Below, piece by piece: positions 47,850 through 60,780 of a stretch of DNA of 64,000 bases. The stretch comes from Chiloscyllium plagiosum (taxonomy: Eukaryota), in assembly GCF_004010195.1 (NCBI RefSeq), contig NC_057753.1:12008570-12072569 (forward strand). The letters are read 5' to 3'. The position numbers and the translations under genes are program-made. Numbering within the stretch: the stretch's first letter is position 1; every line of letters begins with the position of its first letter. A model generated the notes under the pieces. The model was not told the origin of the DNA and did not search any database. It saw only the letters and a program-made list of their open reading frames with translations.

Positions 47850-50262
47850 TATCACGTCTGTCAAGGAAAGTACAGGTATTTTGACTTATGATCATAAAAA
47901 GATTAACGCAATCTTTAGAAAATTTTATTCTGATTTATATAAATCGCAGGATTGTGAAGACAGGACTTAGGAGGATGCAATCATTTTTTAAAACTTTGAC
48001 CTTTCCAGACCTAACTCCGGAACAGGTATCGGTCTTAAATGCTCCCCCAACAGTCCAAGAAATACTTGACGCAATCAGGCAACTTCAGAGCGGTAAGGCA
48101 CCTGGCCCAGATGGTTTTCAAGCTGAATTCTATAAAGAATTTACAGAAATATTGGCTGGCCCACTTATGGACATCTATAACTACACATACAGTCAGGGCT
48201 GTCTCCCGTCTTCACTGAAAGAGGCAAATATTTCTCTTATCCTTAAAAAAGGAAAGGATCCAGAAGATTGTACGTCATACAGACCAATATCCTTGCTAAA
48301 TGTAGATTTTAAAATCCTTTCTAAAACGTTAGCATTGAGGCTAGAAAGGGTATTGCCACATATTATAAAGGAGGATCAGACGGGTTTAAGGGCCGTAGAT
48401 CATCCAATAATATTAGAAGGGTTTTGAATATGATTCAAGCCTGTCATCAGGGAAAGATTCCAGGAGTAGTGGTTTCATTAGACGCAGAAAAGGCATTTGA
48501 TAGGTTTGAATGGTCATATTTGTTTTACACATTGGAAAGGTTTGGCGTTGGAAAGGTGTTTACCAAATGGGTCTCAAAGCAGTTGTGGTTACCAATGGAT
48601 TAGGCTCGGATAGCTTCAGTGTGGATAGGGGCTGCCATCAGGGATGTCCTCTCTCGCCATTGTTATTTACGCTAATAATTGAACCAGTAGCAGAAGCTAT
48701 ATGGGCTGATCCTAATATAACGGCCCCGAGGATTGGTACAGGTAAACATAAAATTACCCTGTATGCAGATGATGTTCTTCTATTCCTCAGTAATCCTCTG
48801 ATGTCCGTACCTCGCTTAATCCAAGTTATTAATACAATTAGTGCATTCTCAGGCTATAAAATTAATTTCTCAAAATCGGAGGCTATGCCAATGGGCGGCC
48901 TTGCTATGATACCCCACTTAGTGAACGGATCCCACTTTCCCTTTCGATGGTCCCTGGAGGGTTTCTTATATTTAGGCATTTTTGTTACCCCAGTATATGG
49001 TCAGTTATACAAGGCTAACTTTGTGCATTTACTGGAGAGGATAAGGCAGGACCTCCAGCGATGGGGAGACCTTCCAATTTCCTGGCTAGGTAGAATAGCA
49101 CTAATTAAAATGAATGTCCTGCCCCGTCTCCTATACCCTATGAGAATGCTTCCGGTGATGCTGCCGAGGCTGGCACTACGTAAATTATATGGCTGGTTGG
49201 GTTCCTTTATCTGGTATCATAGATGGCCCCTCATTAAGCTGAAGAAGTTACAGCTTCCACAGGTAAGGGGAGGATTGGACTTCCCAGATTTTAGGAAATA
49301 TCAGTTAAGTTCCCTATTAAGTTACATAGCTGATTGGGTCTTGTCTGATCCACAATCAATCTGGCTGGACATTGAGGCTTCTCAAGAAACCCTATAATAC
49401 TAAACACAATTAAAGCTTGGAATAAAATGCGGCAAAATGAGGGCAACTCACATAAAACATCCCACTATGCTCCGATAATGGAAGCATGGGGATTTCAACT
49501 GGGGTTTAGAGATGCCACTTTTGAACTCTGGAGATCCACGGGTATCTCATGTTTAGGGGTCCTGATGTCTTTTGAACAGCTGCGTCAGAAATTCGGATTA
49601 CCTAATGGAGACTTCTTTCGATATTTCCGAATTCGAGATTATATACAGAAGAAGACTACGTTATTAGATAGTCTTTATAAATCAAATAGAGAATGTAGAG
49701 TGCTATGACCAATGGGGGTATCTTCCGTCAGTACTATTTATCATTTACTACATGATGAAGTATCGGGAGATATGGACAATCTGTTTAAAACATGGGATCA
49801 GGATTTGGGACTAGAAATCTCTATAGAAACGTGGAATGACATTTGGGAAAACGCCAGAAGAATCACCATCTGCAACAGAACCCAGGCTATCCAGCTGAAG
49901 ATACTTCATAGGGCCCATATAGCACCGGATCGATTGGCAAAATTTAAGGCAGGAGGATCTCCAATGTGTCCCAAATGTAAAATAAAGGTGGGCACTCTTA
50001 TACATTGCTTATGGACCTGTCATAAGATCTGTAGATACTGGACTAAAGTAGCAAGTACCCTGACAGTAATTTTAGGACCCTGTATCTCTCCTTTTGGGCT
50101 TTTCGAACTTACCGTCCCTGGATATGCACGGGAAGAGATTATTTTCTATTCTCTCTTTCTGTGCAAGGAAAAATATTTTGGTAAACTGGGTGGCTGAGGG
50201 CCAACCCCGGACTTTCAAATTGGCACAGATTAATTATGGAATGTATTCCCCTTGACTTCCTT
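47850..50262 (+). mobile_element. L1-clade LINE ORF2 (RT plus C-terminal CCHC region), 5'-truncated and frameshifted
   Basis: KAPGPDGF..EFYK, YRPISLLNVDFKIL, SLDAEKAFDR, GCHQGCPLSPLLF, YADD, FSGYKINFSKSE and CPKC...TLIHCLWTC, spread across several frames. Confidence 0.93.
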
Positions 50263-50790
50263 AGGTTAGGGTGGATTGGCCGTGCTAAATTACCTCATAA
50301 TGCCCAGGGATATGCAGGTTGGGGTGGATTGGCCGTGCTAAATTACCCATAGTGCCCAGGAATGGGCAGGTTAGGGTGGATTGGCCGTGCTAAATTACCC
50401 ATAGTGCCCAGAGATGTGTAGGTTAGAGTGAATTGGCTATGCTAAATTACCCATAATGTCCAGGGATGTGCAGGTTAGGTTGGATTAGCTACGCTAAATT
50501 ACCCGTAGTGTCTAGGGATGTGTAGGTTCGGGTGGATTGGCCATGCTAATTTTCCGATAGTGTCCAGGGATGTGCAGGTTAGGGTGAATTGGCTTTGCTA
50601 AATTACACAATGTGTCCAGGGTTGTGCAGGTTGGGGTGGATTACCCAATGCTAAATTGTCCCATAGTGTCCAGGGATCTGCAGGTTAGATGCATTCATCG
50701 GGGTAAACATAGAGTCTGGGTGGGTTACTCTTCGGTGGGTTGGTGCGGACGTGTTGGTCCAAATGGCCTGTTTCTGTACTTGTGGGGATT
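50263..50790 (+). repeat. HE1-derived 52-bp unit array (about 8 copies) plus HE1 tail
   Basis: Same unit as 4076-4822, more diverged. Confidence 0.85.
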
Positions 50791-52004
50791 CAATGACTAT
50801 CTGTGTGGAGTTTGCACTTTCTCCCCCCCCCGGGTGTCTGCGCAGGTTCCCGCAGATGTTAGGTGGTTTGGCCGTGAGATATTGTCCCATAGTTTCTTTA
50901 TTTATTCACATGACGAGGGGGTCTCACACTGCCCCTCCCTAATTGCCCCAGAGGCAGTTAAGAGTCAACCACATTGCTGTGGGGGGGGGGCATCGTCACA
51001 TGTCAGCCAGACCAGGGTAAGGATGGCCGTCTCCTTCCTTGAAGGACATTGGTCAACCATATGGGATCTTCCTGACAATCTACAATGGGTTTACGGGTGT
51101 CATTGGACTCTTAATTCCAGTGGAGAAATGAATGAAAATCTTAATTCCACATTTTGCCTTCGGATTCAAATACCACTGGCTGCCCGTGGCGCGATTCAGA
51201 CCCGGCTCCCTTGGAACCTTACCTGGGTCTCTGGGTGAACGGTCTAACGGTACTACACCAAGGCCATTGCCTCCCTGTATATGCAGGCTGAGTGGGTTAG
51301 CCACGCAGAGTTACGGGGAAAGGGTCTGGGCGGGATGCTCAGATCCAATGGGCCAAATGCCTCTTGGGGTACTGTAGGAATTTCACGGTTCTCTCCCAAC
51401 AGGGTGTCATGGTGGTCAGGAGATGGTGGATGTCACTGAGGAGTCAGAGTTGCACAGCGCGGAAACAGACCCTTCAGTCCGACTCGTCTATGCCGAACAG
51501 ATATCCTGAAATAATCTCGTCCCATTTACCAGTACTCGGCGCACATCTTCCTCAACCTTTCCTATTTATGTACCCATCCAGATGCCTTTTCAATGCTGTA
51601 ATTGTACTAGCCTCCACCACTTCCTTTGGCAACCTAGTCCATACACGCCCTCTACGTGAAAAGGCCTCTACGTTGTGTCCCTTTCAAATCTTTCCCCTCT
51701 CCCCTATGGCCTCTAGTCTTGAACTCCCCGAACCTTGGTAAGTTTTCCCCGACCCATGCCCCTCATGATTTTGTAAACCTGGATCAGGTCACCCCTCAGC
51801 TTCCGACGCTCCTGGGAAAACAGCCTATTCGATCTCTCCCTACAGCTCAAACCCTCCAACATCCTTGTAAATCTTTCCTGCACCCTATCGCAACACGTTG
51901 TGGACTTGTTGGGGCCGAAGGGCCTGTTTCCATACTGCAGGGAATCTAATCTAATCTAATCTTAAAACAGCTTGATGAAACAAAAAGGTTTAACAACAAA
52001 AAAA

Positions 52005-52885
52005 AGTCATTGACTCTATTGCGGTGCAGCAGTAATGTCCCTCCACCCTGGGTTGAACCCAGGGGTCAAATCCCACCTTCTCCACAATAAAAGTCAAGCA
52101 GACACATGGCCCTCTTGGTGTGCAGTGGTAGTGTCCCCCACCCCCTTGACATACATCTCTGAACAGAGAAAAATAGGTTTAAAAAAAAAGTCATTGGCCC
52201 TCTTGCGGTACAGCAAAAAGAAAAAAGTCTTTATCCTTTTCTGGTGCAGCAGTAATGTCTTTACCCCAGATCAGGAGGTCCAGGTTCAAGTCCCCCGTAC
52301 TCCAGAGATCTGCAATAACATCTCTGAGCAGGTTGATGGGAAAAAAAAGGTTTATTAAAAAAAAAAAGCCATTGGTCCTATTGCGGTGCAGTGGTGATGA
52401 CCCTATACCTGGACCGGGATTCAGGGCCTACCTGTTCCAGAGTTATGTAATTACATCTCCAATCAGGTTGACAAAATAAAGTTAAGTGAGAAAAAAGGGG
52501 GAAAAAAAAAGAGAAATGAAAAGAAAGAAAAGGAAAAAAAAACAAAAACAAAGAAAAAGAAAAGAAAGAAAAGGAAAAAAAAAACAAAACAAAGAAAAAA
52601 AGGGGAAAAAACAAAAAACTTAGAAAAGTAGGGAAAAAATTTCTTTGGCCATCTTGTGGTGCAGCAGTAGTGTCTCTACCCCAGACCAGGAGGTTCAGGT
52701 TCAAGTCCCATGTACTCCAGAGATGCGTAATAACATCTATGAACAGGTTGACGAGAAAAAAATAACTAAATTAGAAAAAAAAGAAATTAAAAAGAGAAAA
52801 AGTCATTGGCCCTCTTGTGGTGCAGCAGTAGTGTCTCTATCCTGGACCAGGAGGTCCAGGCTCAAGTCCCACCTGCTCCAGAGGT
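52005..52885 (+). repeat. Head-to-tail cluster of about 7 tRNA-derived SINE-like units separated by A-rich spacers
   Basis: Repeated cattggccctcttg(c/t)ggtgcagcagtagtgtc (A-box-like) ... ggttcaagtccc (B-box) ... gaacaggttgac plus poly-A. Confidence 0.75.
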
Positions 52886-53167
52886 GAAAAAAAAACAGGA
52901 AACCCAGTCATTGGAGAAACTGAAGCACAAATTCACAAGTTTAAATACCAAAAACGGAGAGCATTGAGACCAAGAAAGGTTAGACACATTTAAAAAAAAA
53001 AAATTCTGGAAAGAGGGAATGGTAATGTGCTCTGAAGTTTTAAAATTTTGTGAATAGCAAAAGTTGATGAGAAACCTTTTTCGCCAGCCAGTGGTGAGGA
53101 CGTGGAAACTCGCTCCCACAGTGAGCAGGAATATATTTAAGGAGAAGAGGGGTACATACAAAAGGGA

Positions 53168-53361
53168 GGAGAAAGTGAGGACTGCAGATGCTGGAGGTCA
53201 GAGCTGAAAACGTGTTGCCGGAAAAGCGCAGCAGGTCAGGCAGCATCCAAGGAACAGGAGAATCGACGTTTCGGGCATAAGTCCTTCTTCAGGAACGTCG
53301 ATTCTCCTGTTCCTTGGATGCTGCCTGACCTGCTGCGCTTTTCCAGCAACACATTTTCAGC
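53168..53361. mobile_element. Penelope family A fold-back element with a 15-bp TSD
   Basis: tacatacaaaaggga at 53153-53167 and 53362-53376. Confidence 0.85.
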
Positions 53362-53819
53362 TACATACAAAAGGGACAAAGGAACAGAAAGCCAGTGGAC
53401 ATGAAGAAGGGAGGGTGGAGTATAAATACTGAGAGTCCAGTTGAGCTGACTGGGCTGATCCTGTGCTGCAGACTCAAGTGGAACAGGGCCAAACATATTT
53501 ATTTCACATCTACCTGTGGCAATAAGAAAAGCACTGTTGATGACCCAAGGGTAAAATAAATGCCCTTTAACAGGTTCCGTGGATCATTTCAGTGGGAATG
53601 CACAGTCCCTCGCTCAAAGAGCATCAGCCTCACTGGAAGCAAAGTGGGTGGGAGCGGCCTGTGCAACAGAAAGACTCTTCCCACTTCACCCACTGACAGA
53701 ACAAATGTGGCCCAGTCCGAGAGTCATAGAATCCCAACAGTGGAGGGCAAACTGACCCCCCAAAGAGCATCCCTCACAGGCACACCCCAGACATTATCCA
53801 CCAAGACTGCACGTCTTTG

Positions 53820-54440
53820 AACACTGTGGGAAAACTTAGGGTGGCCGATCTACCTGACCTGACATCGCTGGTCACTATGGCCAAGCTCATTGTCCCACAG
53901 TGTCGAGGGATGTGCAGGTGAGGGTGGGTTGACCATGCTAAATTGTCCTATAGTATGCAGGGATGTGTAGATTCAAGTGGATTGGCCATGCTAAATTGTC
54001 CCAATCCACCTGACTGACACATCCCTGGACACGAGGGGACAACGTAGCACTGCCAATCCACCCGAACATACACATCCCTGGATGCTGTGGGTAATTTAGC
54101 ATGGCCAATTCACATGAACCTGCACATCCCGGGGCACTATGGGTAATTTAGCATGGCCAATTCACATGAACCTGCACATCCCTGGGCACTATGGGTAATT
54201 TAGCACGGCCAATCCTCATGAACCTGCACATCCCTGGGCACTATGGGTAATTTAGCACGGCCAATCCACCCTAACCTGCACATCCCTGGGCACTATGGGG
54301 TAATTTTGCATGGCCAATCCACCCTAAGCTGCACATCTTTGGACTGTGGGAGGAAACCGGAGTTAGTCCCACACAGACACGGGGTGGGGGGGGAAGAGTA
54401 TGTGCAAACTCCACACAGACAGTGGCCCGAGGGTGCTACC
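53820..54440 (-). repeat. HE1 SINE with a 52-bp unit array containing an internally inverted block
   Basis: Units lie on - at 54002-54340 and on + at about 53890-54002. Confidence 0.75.
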
Positions 54441-54469
54441 CCGCCCCAGGAGTGGGCGAGCAGAGGGAA

Positions 54470-54735
54470 CCGAAGCCCTGCGATTGCTGGTGGCCGAGGA
54501 GGACGGAGAACCGAGTGAACCCCTTCCCTCAGGCGGAGCAGGTGACAGACCTCTCCCCGGTGTGGACCCGCCGGGTGGGTCTGCAGGTTGAGCAGCCGGC
54601 TGAATCCCATCCCGCACTCCGAGCAGTCAAACGGCCTCTCTCCAGTGTGACTCCAGCGATGCATCTCCAGTTGGGATGGGCTGTACTAAAAATGTAAGTA
54701 CAGTCGCCATACTCCCACAGCTTCTCCGTGGCGTC
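54470..54735 (-). pseudogene. ZNF pseudogene (frameshifts and an in-frame TGA)
   Basis: Reads TEKLWEYGDC..., HTGERPFDCSECGMGFSRLLNLQTH, frameshift, [30 protein letters not shown] homologous acceptor (ttgtag|gacatcag) is at 55028. Confidence 0.8.
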
Positions 54736-55129
54736 GCTCAGGCTCATTACTGTATTTTATACCGAATGCACGCGACCAACAAAGGATACTCATTTGGATT
54801 CCAGCATCTGGCCAGCGCTAAACGTTCCAAAATATTTTCCAGGCTGCATGACGGAACAATGATCTTTGCATGACAGTGCAGTGAAGCACTCTTCCTGGTG
54901 CCTCTTCCAGTGAGATTTTTCAAGTTTTCACCCAAAAGAAAAGCACAGATCTCCAAATAATCAATCTAGGTCTCAACGCAGTGTTCAGTCTGAGATTTCT
55001 GCCTGCCAGTCCTCCTCTTCTGATGTCCTACAAAAGACAGAAGACCTTACAGCAGGCCTGACTGGATAGAAATTTAAAACAAAGTTTGCAGATGCTTCCG
55101 ACACCACTCTAGGGAGCATAATCAGTGCT

Positions 55130-55810
55130 CCTCCAGTGAAGCGCTATTTGTTCTGTACATTAACGACTTGGATGTGAACATAGAACTCACAATTATTAAT
55201 CTGCCCATGACACTAGAATTAGGGGTGTTGTTGATAGTGAGGAGGAAGGTCTCAGGCTACGTGGAAGGTAATCTTGCTCCAACTTTATAAAACACTGGTC
55301 AAGCTGCCGATGGAACACTATGCGCAGTTCTGGTGGCCAAACTATCAGAAGGACGTGCTTCCACTGGAGAGGGTGTCGGGGAGATTCACCAGGATGTTGC
55401 CTGGGATGGCACGAGGAGAGACTGGATTAGGCTGAGTTTGTTTCCCCTGGAGCAGAGGAGGCAGAGTGGGGATCTGATTGGGAGAAAATTATGAGGGGCA
55501 CAGACAGAGCAGATCATGACAATCTCTTCCACGTGGTTAAGACCGGAAGACATTAGCTTAAGGTGAGGAGTGTATGGTTTAGAGGAAATTTGCGAAAAAA
55601 CTTTCTTTGATCCGGAGTAGGGTAGACACTCTTGAGGCAGGTACTTTCACAACATTTAAGCAGCATTTAAGGTGAGTACTTAAAATGCTGGGGAGCATAG
55701 CAGACTACAGACCAAGCACAGGTAACTGGGATTAGAGTAACTTGGTGCTTGTTGGTTAGTGTAGACACAATGGGCCGATGGGCCTGTTTCTATACTGTAT
55801 GACCCTAATA
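55130..55810 (+). mobile_element. Old CR1 fragment
   Basis: LF.LYINDLD...LYKTLVK...QFW motifs. Confidence 0.7.
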
Positions 55811-56372
55811 CAAATATGACCATACGACGAGACTAAAAATGTAAGACACAGGAGTATATCTCATGACTGATCCACAGGGGAAAGTGAGGATGAACATAAT
55901 TTCATTGGTGAATCTTCAAATTCTGGAGCAGTTGCCTGTAAGGAAGTGGAACAGTCCATAACTTCAAAATTAGATCGGATTGACACGTGGGACAAGTAAG
56001 TTTTTCAGAGTTCCCGAAATATAGAGCCGTTGGCTCTGCAGAGAGTTAGGAGAAAATAAAGACTGCAGATGTTGGAGAGTCAGAGTTGATAAAGTGTGGC
56101 ACTGGAAAAAAAGCACAGCAGGCCAGTTAGCATCAGAGAGTGAGAGAGAGAGAGAGAGAGTGTGTCAACGTTTCAGGCAACTGAAGAAGGGTCCTGTCCG
56201 AAACGGTGACTCTTTTGCTCTTTCGGATGCTGCCTGACCTGCTGTGCTTTTTCCAGCACCACGCTTTCGCATCTGTGCAGAATTAACAGGGACGTCAGTT
56301 GCTGAATGGACTCCTGCAGTGTCAGCATTATTCGACGAGTGGAACTGTATAATCGATATAAACCATTGTTTA

Positions 56373-56702
56373 CGGGCGGCACGGTGGCTCAGTGGTTAGC
56401 ACTGCTGCCTCACAATGCCAGGGACCCAGGTTCAATTCCCCCCTCGGGCAAGTGTCTGTACGGAGTTTGCACATTCTCCCCGTGTCTGCGTGGGCCCACC
56501 TCTGGGTGCTCCGGTTTCCTCCCACAGTCCAGAGTTGTGCAGGTTGGGTGAGTTTGCTATGCTAAATTGCCCGTAGTGTTCAGTGTAATAGGTGCAGGGG
56601 TAAATGTAGAGGAATGGGTCTAGGTGGGTTGCTCTTCGGAGGGTCGGTGTGGAATTGTTGGGCTGAAGGGCCTGTTTCCACACTGTAGGAAATCTAATCT
56701 AA
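56373..56702 (+). mobile_element. HE1-type SINE, full length
   Basis: gggcggcacggtggctcagtggttagc...aatctaatctaa. Confidence 0.88.
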
Positions 56703-56974
56703 AAGACTAGAGTTAGTTATAAATCAGAGTTATGGTGACCATAAATACACTGAACATGGACAAGAAACATATCTCTGTCCCATATTAAAATTACAATCCC
56801 CACAAATGTAACAAGAGATATCACATACCTTTCACCAAAGATGGAGAAATGGGCCAAACCTTGCTGGATTCAGTTGCTTTACTCCCAGTCTGAGAAGGTG
56901 ACCATGAGAAGGGAACATTGCTCCCACAAATTGCCCAGGGGCAGGAGTTTCACTCTGAAACTCATTGGGACAAC

Positions 56975-57210
56975 TTCCGCATCGTGACGTCCACAATGCA
57001 GGGGGTGGAGTCACCGGGCTCGGCGATGACGTCCGCGGGTTCCAGGGGCGGCTGGGCGTCGGCAAGGCCCCGCCCCCGCCCATTGTTACCCCGCCCCTTT
57101 CTCCAGGAGCAACAGTTTCCAGGGAAACCGCTGCCCCTCGCTCAAAAGATGGAGCCGCGACTGCGCCTGTGCGTTGGCCTGCCTTCCTCCAAGGGGTGGA
57201 GGGGAGGAGA
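56975..57210. promoter_or_regulatory. GC/CpG-rich promoter-like patch upstream of the 54.5 kb pseudogene
   Basis: Two TGACGTC motifs, CCCCGCCCC boxes and AAGATGG. Confidence 0.45.
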
Positions 57211-57399
57211 CTTTGCAAAATCTCTTGTCTTTCATTTGCAGAGTTAAAAATCCCACCACACCAGGTTACAATTCCCTGGTGTTGTGTGATTTTTTTTTGT
57301 GTCTTAACTTTGTCCACCCCAATCCAACACCAGCTCCTCCAGATCATTTCATTTGCAGATACATTCTATTTTGCTCAAAAAGCACACAATCTGCAGGCA

Positions 57400-58130
57400 G
57401 TCGTAGAGATGCACAGCACGGAAACAGACCCTTCGGTCCAACTCATCCATGCCGACCAGATATCCTAACCCAATCGAGTCCCATTTGCCAGCACTTGGCC
57501 CGTATCCCTCAAAACCCTTCTGATTCATGTCCCCACCCAGATGCCTTTCAAATGTCGTAATTGTACGACACTTCAACACTTCCTCTGCCAGCTCATTCCA
57601 CACACGCACCACCCTCTGCGTGAAAAAGTTGCCCCTCAGGTCCCCTTTAAACCTTTCCCTTCTCACCCTAAACCTATGCCCTCTAGTTCTCCATCCCCCA
57701 CCCCAGGGAAAAGACAAGGTCTATTTATCCCTATCCACACCCCTCATGATTTTTATAAACCTCTAGAAGGTCACCCCTCAGCCTCTGCGCTCCCAGGAAA
57801 TGGGACGGCCCAGCCTATTCAGCCTCCAACCCCGGCAAGATCCTTGGAAATCTTTTCTAAAACTTTTCAACTTTCACAAGCTGATAGGAGGGAGACCAGA
57901 ACTGCACACAGTATTCCCCAAATGTGGCCTAACCAATGTCTTGTATGGCCGCAACATGACCTCTCAACTCCTGCACTCGCTGCTCTGACCAATAAAGGAA
58001 AAAAATACCTTCTTCACTAACCTATCAACCTGTGACTCCGCTTTGAGGAACTGTGAGCCTGCACTTCAAGATCTCTGTATTCAGCAACCCTCTACAGAGC
58101 CTTATACACCTTAAGTGTATAAGTATTGCC
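57400..58130 (-). mobile_element. CR1 3' fragment
   Basis: RTRGHRFRVRRERFKGDLRGNFFTQRVVRVWNEL. Confidence 0.85.
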
Positions 58131-58164
58131 ATCAGACAGTTGATAAATCTCTCCTTTGGATATA

Positions 58165-58565
58165 AAACTAGTCTGACTCCAGGTTATGATACAGACAGAC
58201 TCTAACCTTACACCTTTAATGCATTGTCTGAGCTGAGATATCACTTTTTTTATCGATTGATAAAACCTTAAGTTATCTCAGGGTTGTGATTTGAAAGAAA
58301 TTCTGGGATTTACATATTAATTAATTGAAACCTGCATTCTAAATGATTAAAGATGTAACATCCATCTAGGTTTGTCTAATACATTGCACCAGTTGTAAAG
58401 CAATTTGATCTTTTACTTATAAATTCTGTGTCCTATGATCCTGTCCCACTGGCTACCTGAAGGAGCAGCGCTGTGAACGCTTGTACTTTCAAATAACTAT
58501 AACCAGGTGTTGTGTGATTTTTAACATTGTCCATCCCAGTTCAACACTGGCACCTCCACATCACA
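58165..58565 (+). mobile_element. Longer Penelope family B terminal fragment
   Basis: Ends ctacctgaaggagcagcgct...ggtgttgtgtgatttttaac...ggcacctccacatca. Confidence 0.6.
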
Positions 58566-59089
58566 TTTCCCTCCAAGTCATGCAATCTGATTTCAAACAG
58601 CACAGCTTTTCAGCTTTAAGCTCACAAAAAACTTCATCCTCTGTCAGAGAACACTTTGATTTTTGCAGTTCAGCGACTCTGGAGCTGAAATTCGTGGCAT
58701 TTTGTGGAACATGTTTTCATTGTATTAAATGTTACACACACACACACACACACCAATCTGCCATTGGTTGCTGAGGCTCCATGCTCAGAATCCCCTCCCA
58801 AAACATATCTCTCCTCCTTGAAGTAGATTTAGAAATCAATCTCTCTGGCCAAATGTTTTGGTCATCTGTGAAGTAGATTTTGCGATGTGATAGGTTCCAC
58901 ATCAAAGCAAGTTATTGTTACGAGCTGACAAGGCTCACTTCAGGGAGACGATTTTAAATCTGTTTACCATAACGACTACAGACATTTTCAGAAGAGCAGG
59001 ATCGCAATGCATTGGAAGCTTTCCCAGGTCAATGACTGGCATGGCCAGGATGATTTTAATAACAAAAAACCAGGAGGAAGATTTTAAAA

Positions 59090-59850
59090 AGACAAGCTGT
59101 ACAGGACGTTGGTTAGGCCATGTTTGTAGTATTGCGTGCAATTCTGGTCACTTTCCTATCGGAAGAATGTTTTGAAGCATGAAAGGGTTCAGAAAAGATT
59201 TACAAGGATGTTGCCAGGGTTGGAGGGCTTGAGCAGTAGGGAGAGCATGGACAGGCTGGGGCTGTTTTCCCTGGAGCGTCGGAGGCTGAGGGGTGAACTT
59301 ATAGAGGTTTTACAAAACCATGAGGGGCATGGATAGGGTAAAAAAACATGGTCTTTTCCCTGGGGTGGGGGAGTCCAGAACTCGATAGCGTAGGTTTAGG
59401 GTGAGAGGGGAAAGATATAAGGCTTGAGAGGATGGACAGGCTGGGGCTGTGTTCCCTGGGGTGTCGGAGGCTGAGGGGTGACCTTATAGAGGTTTTACAA
59501 AACCATGAGGGGCATGGATAGGGTAAAAAAACATGGTCTTTTCCCTGGGGTGGGGGAGTCCAGAACTCGATAGCGTAGGTTTAGGGTGAGAGGGGAAAGA
59601 TATAAAATAGGCCTAAGGGGCAATTTTTCCACGCAGAGGGTGGTGCATGTATGGAATGAGCTGCCAGAGGAAGTGATGGAGGCTGGTACAATTGCAACAT
59701 TTAAAAGGCAACTGGATGAGTGTATGAATAGGAAGGGTTCAGAGAGACATGGGCCAGGTGCTGGCAAGTGGGTCCAGATTAGGTTGGGATATCCGGGTCA
59801 GCACAAACATGTTGGGCCGAAGGTTCTGGTTCTGTCTATGACTCTATGAC
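59090..59850 (+). mobile_element. CR1 3' fragment with an internal 185-bp tandem duplication
   Basis: gagag(c/g)atggacaggctgggg...gaaagatataa at 59241 and 59426. Confidence 0.85.
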
Positions 59851-60780
59851 ATGAGCAGCAATTTTGTTTTACACAGAGGGCGGGGTTCTTGTATGCAGAA
59901 TGAACTTCCTGAGGAAGTGGCAGATGCGGATACAGTTCCAACGTTTAAAAGACATCTGGATAAGTTCACGATTCGGAAATGTTCGGAGGGATATGGGCCA
60001 AGCGCAGACACGTCGCAGTATTACAATTTGGGATTATGATCAGCACTGAAGACTCTGTGGTTTCTGGCTCTCTGATTCATGAAGAAATATCGGACAGGTC
60101 AGGCATGTGTCTGCTGAAGTTCAGAATTTGGAAAGGATATTTCCCCTAGTGGGAGATTTTGGATCCAGAATTAAAAATAAGGGTCTACCCATTGAAGATA
60201 GAGATGAGGAGAATTTGTTTTTCTCTCTCACACAGAGGTTCACGGGGATTTGGCACCTTCTTATTCAAAAGGCAGTGGAAACAGAGTCTTCAAACATTTT
60301 GAAGACATATTACGGACGTGTAAAGGAGCTGAAGGTTAGCAGGCTGGGTAAGCACCTGGAGTAATTAGGTCAGCCGTGATCTTATTGCTTATCATTTAAA
60401 TAGAGAAAAACTGCAGCACCAAATGGACTTGGGAGTACGAGCACATGAAACACAGAAAATCACACACAAGGGTAACAGAATGTTGGCCCTTATTTCAAGG
60501 GGGTTTGAGTATAAGAGTAGCGGAGTCTGTACAAGGTGCTGGTGAGACCACACATGGAGTACTGCTGGCAGTTTTGGTGCCTTTATTAAAGCAAAGGTTT
60601 CATTTCACTGGAGGAAGTTCAGGAAATGTTCACCAGGGTGATCCCTGGTTATGGAGGGATTGCCTCATGAGCAAAGTGGTTGGCGGTGTGGAAACAGGCC
60701 TTTCGGCTCAACTTGACCCGCCGCCCCGTTTTTCACAATTTAAACTAGTCCCGTTCGCCTGAGCTTGGTCCGTGTCCCGC

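Noticed and set aside
47888..50197. Active or domesticated reverse transcriptase gene
   Set aside because: Multiple frameshifts, stops and deletions; the endonuclease domain is missing.
47695..50790. L1 cleanly inserted in a single HE1 SINE
   Set aside because: The HE1 central domain is missing between the two halves, another fragment intervenes, and no TSD was found.
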